From Alphaproteobacteria bacterium (GTDB taxonomy: Bacteria; Pseudomonadota; Alphaproteobacteria; UBA6615): a stretch of DNA of 64,000 bases. Positions 20,256-28,756 of the stretch are shown here, in pieces (position 1 is the first letter of the stretch; the number at the start of each line of letters is the position of its first letter). Made by a program: the position numbers and the translations under genes. The stretch is from positions 88,151 through 152,150 of the forward strand of contig CBDBHH010000005.1 in the NCBI GenBank assembly GCA_965205535.1, read 5' to 3'. Under the pieces are notes generated by a model that saw only the letters and a program-made list of their open reading frames with translations, did no database searches and was not told the origin of the DNA.

Positions 20256-22588
20256 ACGAAGCTGACACACGTGCTGAATACATCGACAAACAGCTGGAAG
20301 CCGCTGGTTGGAGCTCTGGTGGCGATGTGCGTGTGCAGCGTGAATACAATATCAATGCCGGTGAGATAAAAGCTGGCGGCATACGCACAGGCAAGCTGAT
20401 TGCTGACTATGTGCTGAGTTATAAAAACCGCAAACTGGCGGTGGTTGAGGCAAAGAGTAACGAGTTAGAAGTTGGCGAAGGCGTTGCACAGGCAAAGCTG
20501 TATGCACAAAAGCTGCATCTTGAAACCAGCTACGCGGCTAACGGCAATGAGATTTATCAAATCTGCCACAAGACAGGCGCAGAGGAATTAGTAACCGCTT
20601 TTCCAACGCCTGAAGAACTCTGGAACAAAACCTTCGCTGAGCCCAATGAATGGCTTGAGAAATTTAATGCTGTTCCATTCGAAGATTTAAACGGGACCAA
20701 ACAAGCACGGTACTATCAGGAACTGGCTGTTAACAACGTAATGGCAGCAATCGCCAATGACGAAAAACGTGCATTGCTGACACTGGCAACAGGAACAGGC
20801 AAGACGTTCATCGCGTTTCAGATTGCATGGAAGCTATTTAAAAGCCGATGGAACAAACAGCGTGACGGCAAACGACAGCCACGCATTTTGTTTCTCGCCG
20901 ACAGAAATATTCTAGCTAATCAAGCCTTCTTGGACTTTGGCGCATTCAGCGATGACGCACTGGTGCGAATAAATCCCAAAGAGATTACGCAGACAGGTGA
21001 AGTGCCAAAAAATGGCAGTGTGTTTTTCACAATTTTCCAAACCTTTATGAGCGGGGCTAATGGAAAGCCTTACTTCGGCGAATACGAGAAAGACTTTTTC
21101 GATTTTGTAATTATTGACGAGTGTCACCGAGGTGGCGCGAATGACGAAAGCAGTTGGAGAGACATACTTAATCACTTCGACAGTGCAGTTCATCTTGGAC
21201 TTACGGCTACGCCAAAGCGTGATGACAATGTGGATACGTATGATTATTTCGGTGAACCTGTTTACGTCTACAGCCTGAAAGAAGGCATTCAAGACGGGTT
21301 CCTAACCCCATTCAAAGTAAAACGTATCCAGACCACAATCGATGAGTACGTGTACACGCCCGATGACGAAGTCCTAGACGGCGAAGTTGAAGAGGGTAAC
21401 GTCTACACGGAAAGCGACTTCAACAAAAAGATTGTGATTGAGGAACGAGAACGCAAGCGAGTGCAGGACTTGCTTGCGGCAATAAATCAAAACGAAAAGA
21501 CAATCGTGTTCTGTGCCAACCAAGCACATGCCCTAATGGTACGAAACTTAATCAACCAAGAATCTGACAGTACCTCTGTAGATTACTGTGTGCGTGTCAC
21601 TGCCAATGATGGGGCGCTTGGCGATACCTATCTCAACCAGTTCAAAGATAACGAAAAGCTGCTGCCCACTATCCTGACTACCAGCCAAAAACTCACCACA
21701 GGCGTTGATGCACGTAATGTACGCAACATTGTTCTGCTGCGTCCTGTGAACAGCATGATTGAGTTCAAACAGATTATTGGACGCGGCACTCGGCTGTTTG
21801 AAGGCAAGCACTATTTCACAATCGTAGACTTTGTTAACGCATATCATCTGTTCCTTGATGATGAGTGGGATGGCGAACCCATGGAGCCAGACGACAATGG
21901 AGGCGATACCGGAAACGGGGGTGAAGGTGAAGGCGAAGGCGAAGGTGGGGACACTGGTGGAGACGGTGACGGTGGCGAAGGTGAAGGCGAACAGCCCACA
22001 ACGCTAAAAATACGTCTGTCTGATGGCAAGGTGCGCGAACTACAAAGCATGACTTCCACGTATTTTTACGTGGACGGAAAACCAATCAGTGCAGAAGAAT
22101 TCTTACAAAAGCTGTTCGACACGCTGCAGCTGCCAAGCTTGTTCAGTAGCGAAGAGAAGCTGCGCGAGATTTGGGCAAACCCACTGACGCGTAGAGACTT
22201 AATAAGCAACTTGGAAAAAGAAGGTTGCGATAAAGACGATTTGCTCAAAATGCAGGAACTCATAAACGCCGAAGACAGCGATTTATTTGATGTGCTCCAG
22301 TATATTGCATACGCCAAAGAAACCATCAGCCGTGCGGCACGTGTAGAAACAAACAAAGACAATATCTACACGCTGCTGAATGCCGAGCAACGCGAGTTCG
22401 TTAGCTATGTGCTGCGTAATTATGTTGAGGTTGGCGTTGATGAATTGGATGTCTCAAAACTAAGTACGGTGCTTACAGCAAAGTATGGAAGCATACACGC
22501 GGCACAGCAGCAGCTAGGGAACAATCAAGATATACAGCGTACCTTTATTGAATTTCAGTCACAGCTCTACAAAGAGGCGGTTGGCTGA
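20252..22588 (+). CDS. hsdR: Type I R-M restriction subunit (EcoAI/EcoEI-like)
   Basis: MNEADTR, ADYVL...VVEAK nuclease motif, LATGTGKT, DECHRG, LTATP, QIIGRGTR. Confidence 0.95.
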   Translation: MNEADTRAEYIDKQLEAAGWSSGGDVRVQREYNINAGEIKAGGIRTGKLIADYVLSYKNRKLAVVEAKSNELEVGEGVAQAKLYAQKLHLETSYAANGNEIYQICHKTGAEELVTAFPTPEELWNKTFAEPNEWLEKFNAVPFEDLNGTKQARYYQELAVNNVMAAIANDEKRALLTLATGTGKTFIAFQIAWKLFKSRWNKQRDGKRQPRILFLADRNILANQAFLDFGAFSDDALVRINPKEITQTGEVPKNGSVFFTIFQTFMSGANGKPYFGEYEKDFFDFVIIDECHRGGANDESSWRDILNHFDSAVHLGLTATPKRDDNVDTYDYFGEPVYVYSLKEGIQDGFLTPFKVKRIQTTIDEYVYTPDDEVLDGEVEEGNVYTESDFNKKIVIEERERKRVQDLLAAINQNEKTIVFCANQAHALMVRNLINQESDSTSVDYCVRVTANDGALGDTYLNQFKDNEKLLPTILTTSQKLTTGVDARNVRNIVLLRPVNSMIEFKQIIGRGTRLFEGKHYFTIVDFVNAYHLFLDDEWDGEPMEPDDNGGDTGNGGEGEGEGEGGDTGGDGDGGEGEGEQPTTLKIRLSDGKVRELQSMTSTYFYVDGKPISAEEFLQKLFDTLQLPSLFSSEEKLREIWANPLTRRDLISNLEKEGCDKDDLLKMQELINAEDSDLFDVLQYIAYAKETISRAARVETNKDNIYTLLNAEQREFVSYVLRNYVEVGVDELDVSKLSTVLTAKYGSIHAAQQQLGNNQDIQRTFIEFQSQLYKEAVG

Positions 22589-22867
22589 AACGATGAATGA
22601 GTGCATTCGAAGCATCTCTAAAGCAAGAGAGATGTGGCTATGCCTCACGGAATTCCATACAAATCATCTCATCCTTTATATTGGTTGTGCTCTTTTTAGG
22701 GTTTGGGCGTCTCATTAAGGTCTAGACCTCACTTGAAACTGTTCCACAAATCATTATCGGGTGTTTTTACATCTGTATTGAACCCCACCAGATGCAGCAT
22801 CCCGAAACCCCCGTTTTCTCCCATTTTCAGGCACCAAAATATGAGGGGTAAAAACACCCCTCTCATA

Positions 22868-23062
22868 TCACCAACTGGATAGGGAAACCCTGCGTTTCCT
22901 CTGTTGGGCAATCTGTTCCATCTTCTTATCTCTCACCATACGCAGACCTTCATTCACCATCGCATTGATGGATGTAGTCCCTGCATCCAAACTCTTCACC
23001 TTGGTCATATCCATCCAGAGGTCATAATCAATCCGTGCGGCATATTCGTGTATCTGGTTCAT
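22868..23062 (-). CDS. Small protein with ribbon-helix-helix (CopG/Arc)-like pattern
   Basis: YAARIDYDLW...GTTSINAMVNEGLRMV fits RHH spacing; ATGA overlap with the upstream ORF. Confidence 0.5.
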   Translation of the reverse strand: MNQIHEYAARIDYDLWMDMTKVKSLDAGTTSINAMVNEGLRMVRDKKMEQIAQQRKRRVSLSSW

Positions 23063-23208
23063 CGACAGTTCCTTTCATCATTCTGTATTCTGGCGACTAT
23101 GCGGGTAATCATTTCCAGTATCCGTTCTTCCTTTGGTTTATTGGATAGAGGTTTCTTGTTCATACCCCATAGGGATTTGAAATCAGGTTTCTGTTGGTCA
23201 TTCTTCAT
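23059..23208 (-). CDS. 49-aa hypothetical protein (missing from the ORF track)
   Basis: MKNDQQKPDFKSLWGMNKKP...ERNCR; GGAG RBS; stop overlaps the next ATG. Confidence 0.5.
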   Translation of the reverse strand: MKNDQQKPDFKSLWGMNKKPLSNKPKEERILEMITRIVARIQNDERNCR

Positions 23209-23339
23209 TGGGCAATCTCCTGTTCCCTATCGTCTGGCATCCAGTGATTATTTAGGTGTTTCCCCATAGGTATAAGATGCAGATACAGGGGCATCTGTTG
23301 GGGTAGGCACAAAACCGCACTTAACATCGGGACAGATAG

Positions 23340-23873
23340 TTAGGCAGCAACCCTTGTCGGGTTCATATTGGACGGTGTGGTGAAGAACCAATCTTCACCG
23401 GCATCAATCCTGTTCATCCACTTTGAGCAGTAGATTGTGGTGGCAATTACATTCTCCACCTTCTGGACATCCAGAGGTCGTTTCCCGTCAGGGCAAAGCA
23501 TCCTCATCTTTCCAGAGTATGGATTTTGTGATGGCATCATCATCCAATCCATCTGGATGTCTGCACTCACATTCTCAAATTGTATTTTCCTGTGCAGCAC
23601 CGATGGAGTGTGGAGAAGGATGTGATAGTGAATTTGATGACCAAATCCATCACCCTCACGAAATCCCACCATCCAAAATCTATTATCAGCATCCCACTTC
23701 GGGAAACTGGATTTTAGATATTTCTTGTTCAACTGATATTCCATCGTCCTCATACGTTGGATGATTTCATCCTGTTTGAATGGCAACGATGGTGTGGGTT
23801 CAATGGTAATGAAATGCGACCAATCAATGGTCTTCATCCATTTCTGCATTTCATATTTTTGAGTGGCACCCAT
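23340..23873 (-). CDS. HUH-endonuclease / rolling-circle Rep-like protein, 5' end split off by the IS1595
   Basis: Motif I-like FITIE, motif II HYHILL, motif III-like YCSK. The original start MGSKF lies at 26440-26454, across the IS. Confidence 0.6.
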   Translation of the reverse strand: MGATQKYEMQKWMKTIDWSHFITIEPTPSLPFKQDEIIQRMRTMEYQLNKKYLKSSFPKWDADNRFWMVGFREGDGFGHQIHYHILLHTPSVLHRKIQFENVSADIQMDWMMMPSQNPYSGKMRMLCPDGKRPLDVQKVENVIATTIYCSKWMNRIDAGEDWFFTTPSNMNPTRVAA

Positions 23874-23897
23874 AAATTTTGGGGATTATACGCTTAA

Positions 23898-24071
23898 CTA
23901 GCCATTGGGTTTCGCGAGTTTCCGGGGCTTCCGGCGGGTCGGGTCCGGTTTTTTCACGGCGGAGAACATCGCCCGCGCCACGCCTTTCGGCGCTGCGTCC
24001 AGCTTGATCTCGCGCGTGACGGGGCGGCCACGCTTCGGGGGCTCTGGCTGAGGTTTCGTCTTGCCGGTCAT
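23898..24071 (-). CDS. 57-aa basic protein with AT-hook-like KRGRP motif, at the IS end
   Basis: Manual translation MTGKTKPQPEPPKRGRPVTREIKLDAAPKGVARAMFSAVKKPDPTRRKPRKLAKPNG; its stop lies inside the IR. Confidence 0.55.
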   Translation of the reverse strand: MTGKTKPQPEPPKRGRPVTREIKLDAAPKGVARAMFSAVKKPDPTRRKPRKLAKPNG

Positions 24072-24084
24072 CGCGTGGTCCCGG

Positions 24085-24804
24085 TTAGAACAGGTAGTAT
24101 CGGAGGGACGTTTCGGCCACCTCTTTCAGGATATCGAACATTTCCCCGCGCTTCCATTCGGGCTCGCGGAAGTACATCGAGACCGGGGCGAAACGATTCC
24201 TGTCCGATGAGCCGTCCTTCTTGAAAACGTGTGTCCGGTTGAGCGGGTAGAACTCGTTCATCATCGAGACCTTCGACATGACGAACGAGCTTTCGTCATA
24301 GTCCTCCACGAAGTCGCAGCCCCATCCGAAGCATACGAACGGCGTCAGGGCCTCGTGGTTCATGGCCGCGCGTATCCCGATCAGGTTCTTTCCCAGCCGC
24401 TCGATTGCGTTGCCTTGTGCCTGCCGGGGGCGGCCCTCGGCCAGCCGTTCCTTGTTGGTTCCCTGTTTCTTGATCTCCGAGACCAGGACGAGACGGCGGT
24501 AATCGCCGTCCCCTTCCTTCAGGAGCCAGATCACACCGCCGTCCGGCTTGATGGTGCGGTCGAGAAACGTCTGGTCGAACTCGACCCGTTGCCCCGCGAC
24601 GCCGATCATGGCGATGAGCTGGCGATAGGACAGCCTGGTATCGAACACCAGGCTGTAGCCGTCGAGATTGTCCGCCATGCGATCTTCGAGATAGCCAATA
24701 CAATCCTGCATGGCGTCGTGAATGGCCTTGTCGCTGCGGGCGGACTCCCGGTTCTTGGGGCGGTGCTGCGCCTTGTTCCGGCGAAGGTCTTCCGACCTAG
24801 CCAT
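24085..24804 (-). CDS. EcoRI-family type II restriction endonuclease
   Basis: IKPDGG...VLVSEIKKQG (PD-x-ExK) and GNAIERLGKN, compared with EcoRI GNAIERSHKN; then PFVCFGWGCDF. 239 aa, apparently intact. Confidence 0.85.
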   Translation of the reverse strand: MARSEDLRRNKAQHRPKNRESARSDKAIHDAMQDCIGYLEDRMADNLDGYSLVFDTRLSYRQLIAMIGVAGQRVEFDQTFLDRTIKPDGGVIWLLKEGDGDYRRLVLVSEIKKQGTNKERLAEGRPRQAQGNAIERLGKNLIGIRAAMNHEALTPFVCFGWGCDFVEDYDESSFVMSKVSMMNEFYPLNRTHVFKKDGSSDRNRFAPVSMYFREPEWKRGEMFDILKEVAETSLRYYLF

Positions 24805-25409
24805 CGTAGAAATAATGGCCGCGCAGGCCCTCGACGTTGAAGATGAGGACCTCGCTGTGGAACAGGACGCCTTCGTAGACGTCTTTCGGCAAGGCGACGA
24901 TGGCCGAGATCGGCGGGTAGGAACCGTCCAGGAATCGCCGCCACCGCTTGCTGGCGACCGTCTGGTTGAGCCGCAGCCCGTAGGGCGCGAACAGGACCAG
25001 GGGCACCCCCCCCCCCCCACAATTCCACGGCCTTGTGCAGCCAGACTTCCGGCAGCAGGGGCCGTCGGCCGAAATTGGCCGCAACCATGTCTTTCGTCTT
25101 GGCGTCGATGTTGAAGGGCGGGTTGGCGATGACGAGGCCGGGGCGGTCGATCTCGCCGGGACGGACGCCGATGAAATCCCGGACGATCGTGTCCGGCCAG
25201 CCCTGGTCCTCGATGTCGATCCCGACTGTCGGGAACCCCGCCTCGCGGAACGGGCCGAGCAGGGAACCGGTGCCGACACACGGATCGAGGACGACACCGT
25301 CGATCCGCTCGCTCACGAGATCGAACAGGAACCGGCTGACGGACGGCGGCGTGTAGACCGTGGCGTCCTTGCCGTTCCGGTAGAAATCGTTTCGATCGAC
25401 ACGGTACAT
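24797..25409 (-). pseudogene. Small gamma-type adenine DNA methyltransferase, frameshifted in a G13 tract
   Basis: VYTPP, LDPCVGTGSL, IANPPFN. The reading continues in another frame after C13 (25006-25018) as VPLVLFAPYG...FHSEVLIFN. G12 gives a 203-aa protein whose stop overlaps the nuclease start. Confidence 0.85.
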
Positions 25410-25413
25410 CGCG

Positions 25414-26352
25414 CTACGCCACCAGGTCCCGGTAGCGCAGCCGCTTGCCGACCATGCCGCGCGTCAGCGCCGCCATCTGGGCGACGGTATCGAGATCGCG
25501 GATGTTGTGCCGTCCGGCAAACTCGCGGACGTAGCGGTCCAGGTGCTTCGGGCTGACATGGTGGAACGTCCCGTGATAGCCGCGTTTCAGCATCGACCAG
25601 AAGGACTCCATGCCGTTGGTGCTCGCCATCCCGTCGACATACTCGCCCGCGCTGTGACGCACGGTCTCGTGGTCGAAGGGCAGCCCGCGATAGGCCGCGT
25701 GCTCGTCGGTGTAGACCTTCGCGCCCGGTGCCGCGCGAGCGGCAACGAAGCCCTGCAACGTCGCGGCGTCGGTGCCCCCGACGACGGTGGCGGAGATACG
25801 CTTCGATCCCCGGTCCCGCGCACCGGCGACGGCCACCTTGCCGACGGCCCCACGTCCGGCCCGGAGTTTCTTGCGCCCGTGTTTGTTCTTTTCCTTGCCG
25901 CCGATATAGGTCTCGTCGACCTCGACGGGGCCGGGGAAGGGCAGGCCGACACCGGCCTCGAAGCCCTCGCGGATGCGCTGCATCAGGTGCCACGCGGTCG
26001 CCTGCCGGATGCCGAGCTCGCGGTAGAGCTTCATCGACGACGTACCCTTGAGGCCGGTGGTCATCATGTAGATCGCGACCGCCCATTTCTGAAAGCCAAT
26101 CTTCGACGACTGCATGACGGTGCCCTTTTTGACGCTGAAATGGGCGCGGCAATCGCGGCAACGATACGGCATCGGCCTGCGGTTCTTCACGGATACGGTC
26201 TCGGTCGACCCGCAGTCCGGGCAGAACCGGCCATCGGGCCAGCGCTGTTCCTCGAACCACGTCTCCGCCGATGCATCGTCGGGAAACATCTGAAACAATT
26301 CCAGGATGGTCAGCCCCTCGCGATGCGATCTGCCGGGTGCTTTCTGTGCCAT
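25414..26352 (-). CDS. IS1595-family transposase
   Basis: N-terminal Zn ribbon CPDC...CRDC, VEVDETY, YTDEHAAY, TNGMESFW, HLDRYVREFAGRHN. Confidence 0.95.
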   Translation of the reverse strand: MAQKAPGRSHREGLTILELFQMFPDDASAETWFEEQRWPDGRFCPDCGSTETVSVKNRRPMPYRCRDCRAHFSVKKGTVMQSSKIGFQKWAVAIYMMTTGLKGTSSMKLYRELGIRQATAWHLMQRIREGFEAGVGLPFPGPVEVDETYIGGKEKNKHGRKKLRAGRGAVGKVAVAGARDRGSKRISATVVGGTDAATLQGFVAARAAPGAKVYTDEHAAYRGLPFDHETVRHSAGEYVDGMASTNGMESFWSMLKRGYHGTFHHVSPKHLDRYVREFAGRHNIRDLDTVAQMAALTRGMVGKRLRYRDLVA

Positions 26353-26561
26353 GACGATTCGATCCCTGTCAATGTGTCTGGCTAATTATATGGTATTTAA
26401 TCAAGGATTGTCAATGGCTAGTTAAGCGTATAATCCCCTAAATTTTGAACCCATAACTAACAAACTAACAACACAGACGAACTATGTTCTTTCTCATATT
26501 CCAGACGATTTATTTATAATATCTATGATTTTCATATGAAGAGCGGATAAAGCACCCACCC

Positions 26562-26811
26562 TTACGCACATTGTGCAAACTCGGGCAGAACTTTACGCAC
26601 GGTCTGGTTAGATACAGAAAATTCCTTGGCAAGTTTCTTAATTCCCCACCCTTCATTCCGTCTTTCAAGGATTTGAGCAGCAACCTCATCCGTCATATTG
26701 GTGCGTCTTCCCCAAGCACCACCGTTCTTGCGTCTGGAATTGGATATTCCTGATTTCACACGATGCGACAGGTTGAAAAGTTCCATCTTGGAGATGGCAG
26801 ACAGCATCGTG
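26562..26811 (-). pseudogene. C-terminal part of a serine resolvase/invertase
   Basis: MLSAISKMELFNLSHRVKSG...GRR...IKKLAKEFSVSNQTVRK (helix E, GRx linker, HTH). The N-terminus is replaced by IS sequence at 26812. Confidence 0.75.
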
Positions 26812-26929
26812 TGAGCTACTCCCCGGAAATGGGACACTGACGTAAGCTACGATTTGTTGTCTGCTGGTCTTCGACGAAAAGGAGATCAGCGATGTCGAAA
26901 CGCAAGCAGCACTCCCCCGAGTTCAAGGC
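26812..26929 (+). mobile_element. Left-end fragment of an IS3-family element
   Basis: TG-starting end TGAGCTACTCCCCGGAAATGGGACAC, AAGGAG RBS and an OrfA start MSKRKQHSPEFKA cut off by the next IS. Confidence 0.7.
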
Positions 26930-27002
26930 TGTCCGTCGTCATATAAAATGGGACATCAGAGTGGTTTGAGCATTGGAGTCTCTGGCTCGTTTGTGTGATT
27001 GA

Positions 27003-27983
27003 TTATGCGGCTTGTTTCTGATGTTGCAAGCGGCGTTGTTTGATTGTGTTTTTCTTAATCTTTTCCCTTTCTCTGAGAATTGCTTTGTCGCGGCCGAAGT
27101 AGACGTCGACTGGTGTGACGTTGTTCAGGCTCTCGTGGTAGCGCCGGTTGTTGTAGTATTCGACGAAGGCCCCGATCTGGCGTTCAAGATCGCCTGGCAG
27201 ATAGTAATTCTCCAGCAGAACCCGGTTCTTCATGGTCTGGTGCCAGCGTTCGATTTTGCCTTGGGTTTGTGGGTGGAACGGCGCGCCGCGAACATGCGTC
27301 ATTTTTTGATCCTCCAACCAGTTGGCCAGATCGCCGGAGATGTAGCATGAACCGTTGTCGCTGAGCAGACGTGGCTTGTGACGCACAACCGCCTGGTCGC
27401 AACCAGACGCCGTCAGCGCCAGCTCGATCGTGTCTGTCACGTCCTCAGCACGCATGTTGGTGCAAAGCTTCCACGCAATGATGTAGCGGCTGTAATCATC
27501 GAGGATCGTGCTCAGATAATACCAGCCCCAGCCAATGATCTTGAAGTAGGTGAAGTCTGTTTGCCACATCTCGTTGATGGCCGTGGTTTTGTCGGTGAAC
27601 TCGTCGGCAGCTTTGATCACCATGTAGTCTGGCGCGGTGATGAGGTCAGCTGCTTTGAGAATGCGATAAGCTGATGATTCAGAGACAAAATACCGCCTCT
27701 CATCCGTGTATTTGACCGCCAGTTCCCGTGTGGTCAGCGCCTCATGTTCCAGCGCGAACTCGATCAGGTCATCACGACGAGCATCAGGGATGCGGTTCCA
27801 GACCGATCCTGGGCGTGGGGATTTGTCAGCCAGTCCATCCAGGCCGCCGTCAATATAGAGATCATACCATCGGTAGAATGTCGTGCGTGGGATGCCCAGC
27901 ATGTCGAGGGTTTGTTTCACCGGCAGATGTGATCCCTCAACGGTGCGGATGATCTCCAGTTTCTCAGACGCAGGGTATCTCAT
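27003..27983 (-). CDS. IS3-family transposase OrfB (DDE)
   Basis: WQTDFTY, LSDNGSCY, QGKIERWH integrase-core motifs. Confidence 0.93.
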   Translation of the reverse strand: MRYPASEKLEIIRTVEGSHLPVKQTLDMLGIPRTTFYRWYDLYIDGGLDGLADKSPRPGSVWNRIPDARRDDLIEFALEHEALTTRELAVKYTDERRYFVSESSAYRILKAADLITAPDYMVIKAADEFTDKTTAINEMWQTDFTYFKIIGWGWYYLSTILDDYSRYIIAWKLCTNMRAEDVTDTIELALTASGCDQAVVRHKPRLLSDNGSCYISGDLANWLEDQKMTHVRGAPFHPQTQGKIERWHQTMKNRVLLENYYLPGDLERQIGAFVEYYNNRRYHESLNNVTPVDVYFGRDKAILREREKIKKNTIKQRRLQHQKQAA

Positions 27984-28354
27984 TCCTCGAACTCCCCAGC
28001 CCCTGTCATGCTTTTTTTGAGCAGACGGTTCTCAAGGGTGAGATCGGCAACGCATTCCTTTAATGCCAGCGACTCCGAGCGCAGATCCTTCACTTCGGGC
28101 GGCGTAGCCTGCCGTGCCGTGTCACCAGATAACCGGCGCTTGCCAGCTTCGAGAAATTCCTTGGACCAGCTATAATACAGGCTCTCGGCAATCCCCTCGC
28201 GGCGGCACAGCACCGAGATGCTTTCCTCGCCACGCAGGCCCGCCAAGACGATGCGGATTTTCTCTTCAGCTGAATAGGTTTGCCGCGTCTTGCGGCGGAT
28301 GTTCTTAACCACCTTGCCGGCGGCGTCTTTCGATGTCTGGGGCTTCTTCGTCAT
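27980..28354 (-). CDS. IS3-family transposase OrfA (HTH)
   Basis: YSAEEKIRIV...LCRREGIAESLYYSW; A7G -1 frameshift motif at 28011-28018. Confidence 0.9.
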   Translation of the reverse strand: MTKKPQTSKDAAGKVVKNIRRKTRQTYSAEEKIRIVLAGLRGEESISVLCRREGIAESLYYSWSKEFLEAGKRRLSGDTARQATPPEVKDLRSESLALKECVADLTLENRLLKKSMTGAGEFEE

Positions 28355-28439
28355 CTCGATCTCCTAATCGATAAGATGAACCAGAAATCCTCCGTTATTC
28401 AAATCCTCAATTCTGTCCCACGGGTGCTGATGTCAGACA

Positions 28440-28612
28440 TTGTGCGCATTTCGGATGATGTCGGACTGTACGCAGTGGTACTGGACGCCCTCGACGAAGA
28501 TCTCGCCACCCGCTTCTACCAGACTCTCGGCTTCATCCAGTTTCCATCAAACCCCAATCGGCTTTTTCTGTCGATTGGCACAATCAAGCAGCTGTACGTG
28601 GAAGCCGAATAA
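28440..28612 (+). pseudogene. C-terminal fragment of a GNAT acetyltransferase (TacT/AtaT toxin-like)
   Basis: SDDVGLYAVVLDALDEDLATRFYQTLGFIQFPSNPNRLFLSIGTI; the 5' part is removed at the IS3 end. Confidence 0.7.
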
Positions 28613-28756
28613 CCTTCCCCGCATACGTCAGCGGGAGGCCCGCAGCGGACACTTCAATGGCCGCGGCGGCAGGGTGCAGTGGGCGGGGTGAGTGACAGGC
28701 GGCCATGGGGATATCCTTACCTGGCTAGCCAGGGGGGAATGCGCAGCCCCTGCCCC

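Larger units (their letters stand above)
23881..26438 (-). mobile_element. IS1595-family element with passenger genes (transporter IS), 2,558 bp
   Basis: Perfect 27-bp IRs GGGGATTATACGCTTAACTAGCCATTG (23881-23907 and 26412-26438), 8-bp TSD TAAATTTT (23873-23880 and 26439-26446), GC-rich interior within AT-rich flanks. Confidence 0.95.
26930..28439 (-). mobile_element. IS3-family element, copy 1 (1,510 bp)
   Basis: TG...CA ends with imperfect 26-bp IRs (TGTCCGTCGTCATATAAAATGGGACA and TGTCTGACATCAGCACCCGTGGGACA). Boundaries confirmed by the second copy. No TSD seen. Confidence 0.92.

Noticed and set aside
21880-22000. Gly/Glu/Asp low-complexity repeat in hsdR (GGEGEGEGEGG)
   Set aside because: In-frame flexible linker before the C-terminal domain, imperfect at DNA level; not a contingency repeat.
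24085-25281. 398-aa ORF suggesting a long N-terminal extension or M-R fusion
   Set aside because: The upstream part is an off-frame reading of the MTase; the nuclease starts at ATG 24804.
27980-28020. Split of the IS3 transposase into two ORFs
   Set aside because: Normal programmed -1 frameshift (A7G), present in both copies; not a pseudogene.
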